Shown here: piece by piece, positions 1 through 7,816 of the stretch
Layout of the letters: each line of letters opens with the position of its first letter
How positions within the stretch are numbered: the stretch's first letter is position 1
Origin: Longimicrobiales bacterium
Lineage (GTDB): Bacteria; Gemmatimonadota; Gemmatimonadetes; Longimicrobiales; Gaopeijiaceae
NCBI GenBank assembly: GCA_965249725.1
Contig: CBDFMQ010000002.1
Location: 1,024,001-1,088,000, forward strand
Reading direction: 5' to 3'
Length of the DNA: 64,000 nt
Made by a program: the position numbers and the translations under genes
Notes under the pieces: model-generated
The model's database searches: none
Seen by the model: the letters and a program-made list of their open reading frames with translations, nothing else
What the model was told of the DNA's origin: nothing

Positions 1-246
1 ACCAAGCTCGGCGGCCTCGATCGCCAGGCCCGTGTCCAGGTCGATGACACGTCCATGGCGCATTGTCGCAGCAACGGACAACGCCTTTTCGCGCCCTTCG
101 CTGCGTAGGACATAGCGGTAGACCTCCAAGACAATGACGGAGGGCACGAGAAGTTCGTCCTCGGCGCTGAGGGGCTTCTCGAAGAAACCCGCGTTGGGCC
201 CGCCGACAAAGAACTCAATCCAGCCCGAAGAATCCACCACGTTCAT
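1..246 (-). CDS. vapC: VapC-type PIN-domain toxin (partial, runs off the window start)
   Basis: Manual translation from ATG at 246: MNVVDSSGWIEFF...VPSVIVLEVY...LAIEAAELG, a PIN N-terminal motif. ATGA overlap with the antitoxin stop. Confidence 0.85.
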   Translation of the reverse strand, partial: MNVVDSSGWIEFFVGGPNAGFFEKPLSAEDELLVPSVIVLEVYRYVLRSEGREKALSVAATMRHGRVIDLDTGLAIEAAELG

Positions 247-452
247 AATTCGCGGTCCGGCTCACGCTCGAAGTTGGGATCCATTCCCTTCAGGAATCCC
301 CGCATCTCGGACATGGGACGGACGGGTACGAGTTCTACCCTTCCGCCCACGGCAAAGGCTTCAACCTTTTGGCCCGGGCGGATCCTCAATCGATCCCGCA
401 CGTCCTTGGGGATTACCACCTGGTACTTGCTGGAAATCGTGACGGTAGACAC
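243..452 (-). CDS. AbrB/MazE/SpoVT-family antitoxin (VapB-like)
   Basis: 69 aa, VTISSKYQVVIPKDVRDRLRIRPG swapped-hairpin signature. Directly upstream of the PIN toxin. Confidence 0.88.
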   Translation of the reverse strand: MSTVTISSKYQVVIPKDVRDRLRIRPGQKVEAFAVGGRVELVPVRPMSEMRGFLKGMDPNFEREPDREL

Positions 453-475
453 AACGCTATCTCCATCGATAGGCT

Positions 476-490
476 TATCGTAAGACGATA
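476..490. promoter_or_regulatory. Palindrome, possible TA autorepression operator
   Basis: TATCGT-AAG-ACGATA about 25 bp upstream of the antitoxin start. Confidence 0.4.
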
Positions 491-548
491 TGAACGTTAC
501 GCTCCCTCCGCTGCAAGTTCAAGGGGTTCGCGACAATGGCTTGGTGCG

Positions 549-648
549 CTCTAACGGATTGCGATTCTGCTGCGCGACCAAGATGTGGACCGCAAGCGAA
601 GCGCGCGAGCGAAATGCCTACCGCGTCAGTAGCAATCGCTTGTTAGGC
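549..648 (-). repeat. attC site 1
   Basis: Minus strand: GCCTAAC AAGCG ATTGCTACTG...CAGCAGAAT CGCAATCC GTTAGAG. R'' and R' boxes, paired L boxes with an extrahelical G, 10 bp after a cassette ORF stop. Confidence 0.88.
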
Positions 649-658
649 GGCGGGCCAG

Positions 659-1132
659 TCACCTGATTCCGTTCACTTCGTCGAAGGCGCGCACAAACGC
701 CGTGTCGAAGCGCCCACGCTGGCTTTCCCAGAACTCAGCAAATGCGGTGGTCCGGTAACGTGCGTCAGCGAAAGCATAGGTCTGCAACACGCTCTCATCT
801 ACAACACCTTCACGGAACTGCAGAAAGACGTTCTCTGCATTGCGAACCTGGGTGAACATTAGCAATCGTGCTGCTGTTGAATCGGCGGGCGTCAGATTCG
901 TCGCTCCGCGCGCGCCGTCGGTAGACGGAAACACGGTGCTGTAAACCAGAGCCAAGTTCGGGGTAGAGCCCAACGTGAGGGTGAACTCCCGAGACGCCTC
1001 GGCCAGGGCTTGTCTCGTCTGCGCTCGCTGCGCGGCGGTATTCTGGCGTATCTCCAGGCCGACGAAGATGAGGGAAAGGACCACTGCGGCTGCCGAGAGT
1101 AGTTGACGTATCGCACCCGAGTCTCTTGCCAT
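659..1132 (-). CDS. Integron cassette hypothetical protein with N-terminal TM helix
   Basis: 157 aa ORF bounded by two attC sites. N-terminus VVLSLIFVGLEIRQNT. Confidence 0.8.
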   Translation of the reverse strand: MARDSGAIRQLLSAAAVVLSLIFVGLEIRQNTAAQRAQTRQALAEASREFTLTLGSTPNLALVYSTVFPSTDGARGATNLTPADSTAARLLMFTQVRNAENVFLQFREGVVDESVLQTYAFADARYRTTAFAEFWESQRGRFDTAFVRAFDEVNGIR

Positions 1133-1158
1133 TTGCTCCCCGATGCAGTTCGAACGCC

Positions 1159-1258
1159 GCCTAACGGATTGCGATTCTGCTGCGCGACCAAGATGTGGAC
1201 CGCAAGCGAAGCGCGCGAGCGAAATGCCTACCGCGTCAGTAGCAATCGCTTGTTAGGC
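1159..1258 (-). repeat. attC site 2 (identical body to attC 1)
   Basis: 1161-1268 is identical to 551-658. R'' GCCTAAC, R' GTTAGGC. Confidence 0.88.
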
Positions 1259-1268
1259 GGCGGGCCAG

Positions 1269-2595
1269 GTCCGGTAAAGAGACATGGTACACACTTAAGT
1301 AAAGGGACATGGGTTACAGTCGGCACCTCTGAAAGGAGGAGGCCGATGCCGTTCGAGGAGACTCATGTCATGGAAGAGAGAACGCGGTTTATCGAAGAAG
1401 CCCATCGCAGTCTTCGGAGCTTTGCTGCGGTGTGCGATCGATACGGGATTAGTCGCAAGACGGGCTACAAGTGGATGGATCGATGGCGGCGAGCCGGGCC
1501 AGCAGGTCTGGAGAATCGAGCGAGTCGACCCGGGCATTGCCCATGGGCTACGCCTAGTGAGGTGGTCGAGACGATCCTCGAGGTTAGACGCAAGTATGAC
1601 GACTTCGGGCCGAAGAAGATCCGGTGGTACCTGCAGACGCATCGGCCGGAGCTAGCACTGCCCTCACGACAGACGATGCACAACATCCTGGTGCGTCACG
1701 ACCTGGTGCCGAGGCGTCGGCGAAGGGTGCGCCGCTGGCACCCGGGTCGACCCGATACCAACGCATCTGAACCGAACGGGACGTGGACGGCCGACTTCAA
1801 GGGCGAGTTCCCGATGGGTGACGGTGAGCTGTGCTACCCGCTTACTGTGCAGGACATGCATTCGAGGTTCGTACTGGAGTGTTGGGGTCGTCCGGACGTG
1901 ACAATCGACGGCGTGATCCCAGTGTTCACGCGGCTATTTCGCCAACACGGTCTACCCGAACGGATCCGTACGGACAACGGCACTCCCTTCGCTTCGAACG
2001 CACTAGGCCGTCTCTCTCGGCTGTCCGTGTGGTTCCATTCAGGTGGGCATTCTGCCTGAGCTCATCGAGCCTGGCTGCCCTCAGCAGAACGGCAAGCACG
2101 AGAACATGCACCTGGTGCTAAAGAGGCGTACCACCCGACCTCCGAGCTCCAACATGCGGACCCAGCAGCAAGCGTTTCGAAGATTCAGGAAGCTCTACAA
2201 CGAAGTCCGGCCTCACGAGGCGTTGGACGGTGCCGTGCCCTCCAATCTCTACCGACCCTCACCTCGACCCTTCCCGAAGCAACTCGACCCGGTCACGTAT
2301 CCGGGCCACTTCGAGACCCGGCTCGTCAGCACGAACGGTGGCATCCGCTGGTACGGGGACCGTGTGCCCGTCGGCCGACTCTTCGCTGGGCATGAAGTCG
2401 GACTGGAAGAGATTGACCACGGTCTCTTTGAGGTCTACTTCGGACCCATCTGGCTAGGACGCTTTGTTGAACCCAAACGCCTCATCTTCGACTCCCTCGG
2501 ACGAGGGAAGAGACGAACTGGAGGCACTTGCAAAGGACGGAGAACTGTTACCCAGGTCTCTTGACTTAACTGTTACCCAGGTCCTTTACCGCTCA
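1269..2595 (+). mobile_element. IS481-family insertion sequence
   Basis: Imperfect ~48-bp terminal inverted repeats (CGGTAAAG...GGGTTACAGT at 1272-1320 vs ACTGTTACCC...CTTTACCG at 2544-2591) around an HTH plus DDE transposase. No flanking target duplication seen. Ends uncertain by 1-2 bp. Confidence 0.85.
1346..2564 (+). pseudogene. IS481-family transposase split by a +1 frameshift
   Basis: ATG 1346 with AGGAGG RBS. Motifs ISRKTGYKW, WTADFKG, RTDNGTPF, then PQQNGKHE and YNEVRPHEAL in another frame. Removing one C at 2035-2036 restores ...LSVWFIQVGILPELIEPG. Confidence 0.85.
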
Positions 2596-2604
2596 ACGAC
2601 ACGC

Positions 2605-2904
2605 TCAGAGTCCCTTTAGGTTCGGCGGGAAGAGCCGAGACGACCGGAACACAGTGATCAGAGTCGCCACCTCTGCTTCGAGCCGGTAGACGATGCGATA
2701 CTCCCCGACGATGATCTCGCGGACATCATTCCGCCGCAACTCTGGCACGATTCGGCCAGACTCGGGGAAGATCGAGATCCGGGAAGTGGCCTCAAACAGT
2801 CGTTCCATCACGAGTCGGCCGTACCTCGGCGAGTCACGATCAATGAAGTCGCGGATCGATGTCAGATCATCGACCGCTTGGTCAGTCCATCTGACCTGCG
2901 TCAC
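2605..2904 (-). CDS. RelE/ParE-family toxin
   Basis: 99 aa: VRWTDQAVDDLTSIRDFI...FPESGRIVPE...REIIVGEYRIVYR. Confidence 0.9.
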   Translation of the reverse strand: MTQVRWTDQAVDDLTSIRDFIDRDSPRYGRLVMERLFEATSRISIFPESGRIVPELRRNDVREIIVGEYRIVYRLEAEVATLITVFRSSRLFPPNLKGL

Positions 2905-3083
2905 CCGAGGATGCGTTGCTTGGCTTCCTCGTGACTTACGGTCTGGTCAGCGTCGGCTTGCCGGAGACCCTCTTCGATCTTGGCCAGAAAGTAGAGGCGC
3001 TCCATGGCCTCTTCCACGGTCGTGTCTTCCGGAAGATCGCGGACTGCGTCTAGCACTCTCTCTTTGATCTTAGACTCGGACAT
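2901..3083 (-). CDS. Cognate antitoxin
   Basis: 60 aa acidic protein (LAKIEEGLRQADA..VSHEEAKQR) overlapping the toxin start by 4 nt. Confidence 0.8.
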   Translation of the reverse strand: MSESKIKERVLDAVRDLPEDTTVEEAMERLYFLAKIEEGLRQADADQTVSHEEAKQRILG

Positions 3084-3233
3084 CCGACCTACTCTCTGTC
3101 TGGGGACTCCCAGAATCTACACCATTGGGGGCCCACAGAGCCATGTACGAATGGGTCTCCCTGACAGACTGCCCTCACGGTTGGCTCAGCAGCCCAAGAT
3201 CAGAGTATGCAATGCGGTCAACGAATCCGCGCT

Positions 3234-3329
3234 CTATAACGGATTGCGATTCTGCTGCGCCGCCCGCCTGCTGACAAGCGCACAGCGCTTCGCTAGGTCT
3301 TCGGCGACAGCAGCAATCGCTTGTTAGAG
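3234..3329 (-). repeat. attC site 3
   Basis: Same ends as attC 1/2 (plus strand TAACGGATTGCGATTCTGCTGCGC ... CAGCAGCAATCGCTTGTTAG) with a different central region. Begins 4 bp after an ORF stop. Confidence 0.88.
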
Positions 3330-3333
3330 TGCA

Positions 3334-3867
3334 TCAGCCGCCGAGGGATGCCTCAGACCTCAGCAGCTCCAACGTAGTCCGCAGTTCCGCGATCTGCTCG
3401 ACGTAGAAGTCGGCGATGTTCGTTTCCCAGAGAACTCTTGAGAAGAGGGCCTCCGCGAATTCGGGATCGCCCACCAGGCCTTGGAGGTCCGGACTCGAGC
3501 TAGGAGGTGGCACGGAGAGGCGGCTCAAGCCCTCCTCTCGCATAACGGAGTACCACCCTCCGTACTCTCGAATGACGTCGAGCACGTCCTCGAACGCGCG
3601 CTCAGCGTAGGGCTCGTCGCTCTGCCCATTCTCGATCTCGGCCCGGGACTTCGCTAGCCGCAGAGCGAGTTCGCGGGTGGACAGGAGCTCGGCGGCTCCG
3701 GTTGCCACCATCGCGTCGTAAACACCAAAGGCAACACCAAAGTGACCGGATCGCCAATACGAAGTCGCGCCCAGCAGAAGCCCCTTCAAGGAGTCTGGGC
3801 TCGGTAGCGCCTGGCCACCGCCGTGTACATCGAGCAGCGTTCGCATACGCCCTAGCGATTCAGTCAC
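3334..3867 (-). CDS. Cassette hypothetical protein, possibly N-terminally truncated
   Basis: 177 aa helical ORF ending next to attC 3. GTG start overlaps the upstream stop. Confidence 0.6.
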   Translation of the reverse strand: MTESLGRMRTLLDVHGGGQALPSPDSLKGLLLGATSYWRSGHFGVAFGVYDAMVATGAAELLSTRELALRLAKSRAEIENGQSDEPYAERAFEDVLDVIREYGGWYSVMREEGLSRLSVPPPSSSPDLQGLVGDPEFAEALFSRVLWETNIADFYVEQIAELRTTLELLRSEASLGG

Positions 3868-4724
3868 TCCGGACGTCTTGCTTGGTAGATGAGTGCAGCG
3901 GCTCGCATCGGCCCACCGCTAATGCCGTCCAGCTTGAGGGGGAAGCCCACGAATACCACATCGTCTTCCCCGAGGATGCTCTCCAGATTGACGAGCCCTT
4001 CAATGTTGGGGATTCCGCGGGAGAGGAAGGCGTAGTGCTCTGCGACGACCTGCTCCGACCCAGAGGCGCCTTCGGCGGCGAGACGTCCGTACTCCGAGAA
4101 ACTCCCGGTGCTGGGCATGTCCGAAGCGAACGCCTTGATCGGGATCCCCGCCAGGTACTCCGCAGCGTCACCTGAGAGGTAGGGATACATCGGGAACTCG
4201 TCGGGGCCGGGAGCCTCATATGCAACGTGCAGGATGACGATGTCCCCTGATGCGATGCCCCTATCCATTAGTTCCGAGCGGGCAATCGGTTCGCCCGGCT
4301 CCTTGTGGCTGAAGTCGAACACCTTGGCCGGGCCAATGAACGCGTCCAGCGGCATCTCGTCGACCGCCGGCGCGCCTTCAATGACGTGGCTCGGCGCATC
4401 AACGTGGGCGCCCGCGTGATCGTAGAGCTCCACGAACGCATTGGCCACGTAGAGAGGATCTCTACGTATGATGTGCTCGAGAGTGGTGACGCCGCGCCGC
4501 CCTCGGTCACGGAGTTGACGTTCGCCACGCACCCGAGTCAGCAGGTCCTCTGTGATGGTTGGGCTGAGATCGACGATTTGGGCCGGTGCATTGAACAACG
4601 ACTCCGGCGACGGCTCACATGCGGTGGTCAATGCCAGGACAACCATCAGGGCGGTACCGCGACCCACCGTACGCTGTGCGGTCACGCGGCGGGTCACTTC
4701 CACTGCGTCGTGGTTCACTGTCAC
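3864..4724 (-). CDS. Cyclase family (kynurenine formamidase-like) metallohydrolase, probable lipoprotein
   Basis: HAGAHVDAPSH matches HxGxHxDxPxH. Also IEGLVNL, FPLKL..G.PMRA and a lipobox-like LTTAC. Confidence 0.85.
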   Translation of the reverse strand: MTVNHDAVEVTRRVTAQRTVGRGTALMVVLALTTACEPSPESLFNAPAQIVDLSPTITEDLLTRVRGERQLRDRGRRGVTTLEHIIRRDPLYVANAFVELYDHAGAHVDAPSHVIEGAPAVDEMPLDAFIGPAKVFDFSHKEPGEPIARSELMDRGIASGDIVILHVAYEAPGPDEFPMYPYLSGDAAEYLAGIPIKAFASDMPSTGSFSEYGRLAAEGASGSEQVVAEHYAFLSRGIPNIEGLVNLESILGEDDVVFVGFPLKLDGISGGPMRAAALIYQARRPE

Positions 4725-4759
4725 CCCTTCGGAGAGTCCTATCCGCCGAACACCTTCAA

Positions 4760-4800
4760 TCGCTTCCTAACTAATAACTTGACCGCGCATCCTCTTGATG
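4760..4800 (-). other. Candidate attI site
   Basis: Minus strand CAAGTTATTAGTTAGGAAG with core GTTAGGA (4771-4765), between intI and the first cassette and with no attC-like partner arm. Confidence 0.6.
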
Positions 4801-4958
4801 TCCTGAATCGGATACGCCGCGTGAATGGCAACGTAGGCAGCACCGAGAGAGACCGACAGACCCAACACAGTCCCCGCTTGTAGCTGATTTCGCCTGTGTG
4901 TTTGCACTGCGCCAGGGGCGTGTTTTTTGCTTGAAAGGAGCGGCTGGCGGCTGGCAGC

Positions 4959-5939
4959 CTAGTCCTCGTCGTCGGGTCGATCAAGTGGACTCCGCATGCC
5001 TAGGCCGGCGTCGGTGACAGCTTGCACGTAGATCATCGTTGTGCGGATGTCCTTGTGACCCATGAGCTTCTGCACGGAACGAGCGTCGTATCCCGCCCGA
5101 AACATCTCGGTGGCAAAGGATTTGCGGAGGGTATGGCAGTTGACGCGTTTGGAAATGGCGGATGCCCGGACAGCCTTCTTCATATGTCTTTGCATGGCCG
5201 ACGGATGGAGATGGTAACGACCCTTCCGCCCGGTCGTGGGATCACTCGACAATCGGCTCGAGGGAAACAGGAACTGCCAGCCGATGTCGTATCCCGCCTG
5301 CGGATCTTTGCGATGTAGTGCGCCTGGTAGTTGTGCCCAACCTCCTCCATCGCGCCTGTCCTGCTCGTGAAGTCCTGTAGCCGTCGATATCTGTCGTCTC
5401 AACGCAGCGGTGATGTGGGCCGGAAGCATGACCCGACGGTCCTTTGCGCCCTTGCCGTCTCGGATTTCAATCTCCACCAAGTCGAAGTCGATGTCTTTCA
5501 CCCGCAGCTGATGAGCCTCCGTCAGGCGGGCGCCTGTGCCATACATCAGAGAACCGAGGAGGCGATACTTACCGGACATGTGGTGGATCACGAGTTTGGC
5601 CTGTCCGTGGGATAACACCGTGGGTATTCGTTGGGGTTCTCGAGCCCGTGGCATGCCTTCCAGATCGTTACGGCCCAGAACCTCTCGAAAGAAGAACGTC
5701 AGCGCCGAGGTGGCCTGATTGCGACTCTTCGGCGCCAAACTCCGCTGATCGGTGAGAACGCTCAAGAACTCCTCCACGTGCGCCCTGGTCAAGTTCTGTA
5801 CCGGGGTATTGGGATAGGTCTCGGCGAATCTCTGGAGCCATCGGGCGTACACGTCTATCGTCCGAGGCTGGTAGCCCCTCTGCCTAAGAAGGCGGCGAGT
5901 GTCGGCGAGGGACCGCTCGAGATCGAATTTCTTTTCCAT
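4959..5939 (-). CDS. intI: Integron integrase (tyrosine recombinase)
   Basis: YGTGARLTE, RDGKGAKDR, the IntI-specific insert LPGALHRK.P.AG....WQFLFPS, HTLR, MGH and TTMIY. ORF is open to 6008; ATG 5939 preferred. Confidence 0.95.
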   Translation of the reverse strand: MEKKFDLERSLADTRRLLRQRGYQPRTIDVYARWLQRFAETYPNTPVQNLTRAHVEEFLSVLTDQRSLAPKSRNQATSALTFFFREVLGRNDLEGMPRAREPQRIPTVLSHGQAKLVIHHMSGKYRLLGSLMYGTGARLTEAHQLRVKDIDFDLVEIEIRDGKGAKDRRVMLPAHITAALRRQISTATGLHEQDRRDGGGWAQLPGALHRKDPQAGYDIGWQFLFPSSRLSSDPTTGRKGRYHLHPSAMQRHMKKAVRASAISKRVNCHTLRKSFATEMFRAGYDARSVQKLMGHKDIRTTMIYVQAVTDAGLGMRSPLDRPDDED

Positions 5940-6302
5940 CAAAGAACGATCCCACTCGATCCGGGGCGGAGCCATGGGCTGGTGGGAGAAAAAGCGATCC
6001 GGGCCCACCTCCAGAGCTTGAGTTGGGCCTCCGAAGGAGTCAGGAGCAGACCCGAGCCCCTCACCCCCTAAGAGAAAGAGGGCAAGATCAAAGGAGAGAG
6101 CGACGACCTAGAGGCCCGTCACCTCCCCCCGAAGTGTGACATTTTCAACCGGCGTTGACACTCTGCTTAACAGAGAACAAATCTACCGAGCCCCCACCCC
6201 GAATCACTCTCGACCGCGCACGCACCGTGCACGCACCCTTCCCTGGCCCGAAAAGCAAAGACCGGCACAAGCGCGTAAGCTCATGCCGGCCTTTTCTTTA
6301 CA

Positions 6303-6322
6303 TCAGTCGGGGCGCCCGGATT
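6303..6322 (-). repeat. Direct copy of the tRNA-Pro 3' end
   Basis: TCAGTCGGGGCGCCCGGATT is identical to 6530-6549. Confidence 0.9.
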
Positions 6323-6462
6323 GACGGAGCTTCGCTCCGTCGTCTCGGCGGAAGACCCAAGGGCCGCACTGCGGAAGAACTGACCGACGCCTCGGCTCGA
6401 ACCTACGGTTCTGGCGCCCGCCTCGCGGCGGTCACCGCGTCCTCGCCTTTCCGAGGCCGCTG

Positions 6463-6478
6463 AATCCGGGCGCTCCGA
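6463..6478 (+). repeat. Inverted copy of the tRNA-Pro 3' end
   Basis: AATCCGGGCGCTCCGA matches the tRNA 3' end at 15/16 in opposite orientation. Confidence 0.8.
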
Positions 6479-6494
6479 AAGAGGCTCCGGACAC

Positions 6495-6529
6495 AAAAAG
6501 GCTCCGCAACCACTCATGGTTGCGGAGTC
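6495..6529 (-). terminator. Intrinsic terminator of tRNA-Pro
   Basis: GACTCCGCAACCA-TGAG-TGGTTGCGGAGCC followed by TTTTT. Confidence 0.75.
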
Positions 6530-6533
6530 TCAG

Positions 6534-6607
6534 TCGGGGCGCCCGGATTTGAACCGGGGACCCCCTGCTCCCAAAGCAGGTGCGCTACCGGACTGCGCCA
6601 CGCCCCG
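6534..6607 (-). tRNA. tRNA-Pro(TGG), CCA not encoded
   Basis: Acceptor CGGGGCG/CGCCCCG, anticodon arm CCTGC-TTTGGGA-GCAGG, T arm CCCGG-TTCAAAT-CCGGG. Confidence 0.97.
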
Positions 6608-7143
6608 TATGTCATCCTACATAACTGCGAATAAAGGTGTTATGGACTTCACATTCCTGCGACACAAAAGATCAGAGTTTCTCGATAGGGCACGTATAGG
6701 GCACACACAGCACGCTGCTAGGACTACCCATCGCGACTACCGGCAACGTCGTCTTGCGGGGGAAGATAACAATGCAAGGCGAGCACCTCTACCGCGTGAA
6801 GTATTCCGTCGTAGCGGCTGCGACCGAGTTGAGAGCTTTCAACAGGTGCAATGCCTCGTCGTCGCGTCGCGCACTAAGGACCCGTTGAAACCTCGGAAAG
6901 AAGTATCCGCACGGGACGGGCAAAAGCACCGCGACCGTGTAGGCGATGAGCGCCAACACAGTCGAGGCAAAGCCCAGGCTGCATCAGAAAGAGGTATAGG
7001 CTCCACAGGGATAAGATGCAGAAGACGGTAAGAAACAAAGCCGGATTGCTCATGAAGGACTTACCCCCTCACCCCTGGCTTCCCAGCCCCCTTTACGCAT
7101 CGTGGGCATCGAGTCACTCTTGCGGCCATGCAGCCTCTCACCT

Positions 7144-7725
7144 TCAACGCAGTTTGAACCACGCCAATCGCTGGTAGGTGCCCAACACTCCGTCATCAGA
7201 TGGCAACACGAAGAAGGGCACCCACCCCTCCCATGACGCACCCCTGAAGCCCTCCCCATCAAGCACATCCTCAAGACAGCAGGCCTCAAATAGTGGCTGT
7301 TCATGGATCACCCCTGCCCCCGACACAGCTTCCCAGTGTCCGTCCCACATACGGAACGCGGTACCCGGGTCGGCCAACTGGACGATTTCCACCCAAAAGC
7401 GGCCCAGTAGATACTCGAAGCCCGCCGGTGGCCCATCGTTGAATTGGTTGGCCGCCATCACCGTGTCCAGCGCCGCGGCGCCCGCGACATGACCAAGGTA
7501 CGTGAGACGGATCGTAGCCGGGTTACCGCCGCGCAGTCCGATGATATTCGAGAGGGTTAGCGTGTCGCCGACTATGGCAGGATTCTCTCGGCCATGGACG
7601 GGAGTTTCGTTTCCGCCGCTGTCGCTGGGGGGGTCCGGCGGGCTCGTCGGGTCTTCGCCACCACCACCGCAGGCGGCCAGCATAAGGGTTACCGCAACAA
7701 TGCGGATCATCATCATCTGCCACAT
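7144..7725 (-). CDS. Putative lipoprotein (DUF4352-like Ig fold)
   Basis: Lipobox MLAACGGG, Pro-rich linker, then a beta-rich domain with NQFNDGPPAGFEY. Start placed near the signal peptide; ORF is open to 7890. Confidence 0.65.
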   Translation of the reverse strand: MWQMMMIRIVAVTLMLAACGGGGEDPTSPPDPPSDSGGNETPVHGRENPAIVGDTLTLSNIIGLRGGNPATIRLTYLGHVAGAAALDTVMAANQFNDGPPAGFEYLLGRFWVEIVQLADPGTAFRMWDGHWEAVSGAGVIHEQPLFEACCLEDVLDGEGFRGASWEGWVPFFVLPSDDGVLGTYQRLAWFKLR

Positions 7726-7816
7726 CGCATCCGTTCCCGCTTCCCCGCTAGGGGAGGCCGGCTGGAGGCATCCACGAATCACTATGTCCAGCAATGTGAT
7801 TCGGCGCCAGTGGCGG

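Noticed and set aside
2030..2060. Programmed ribosomal frameshift in the transposase
   Set aside because: No slippery sequence, the break is inside the catalytic domain, and IS481 transposases are normally a single ORF.
549..3329. Long repeats as a CRISPR array or generic REP elements
   Set aside because: Units are ~100 bp, separated by whole genes, carry R/L boxes and sit beside an IntI. No cas genes are present.
4959..5939. Integrase as a XerC/D or phage integrase of a tRNA-Pro island
   Set aside because: It has the IntI-specific insertion and adjacent attC sites, and it lies outside the tRNA direct repeats.
6135..6190. LexA box or promoter for intI (TTGACA at 6155; CTCTG-N5-CAGAG)
   Set aside because: The TTGACA faces away from intI and has no good -10. 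I could not match a known LexA motif.
6303..6549. Prophage or genomic island between the tRNA-Pro direct repeats
   Set aside because: The repeats are only 227 bp apart and enclose no credible gene.
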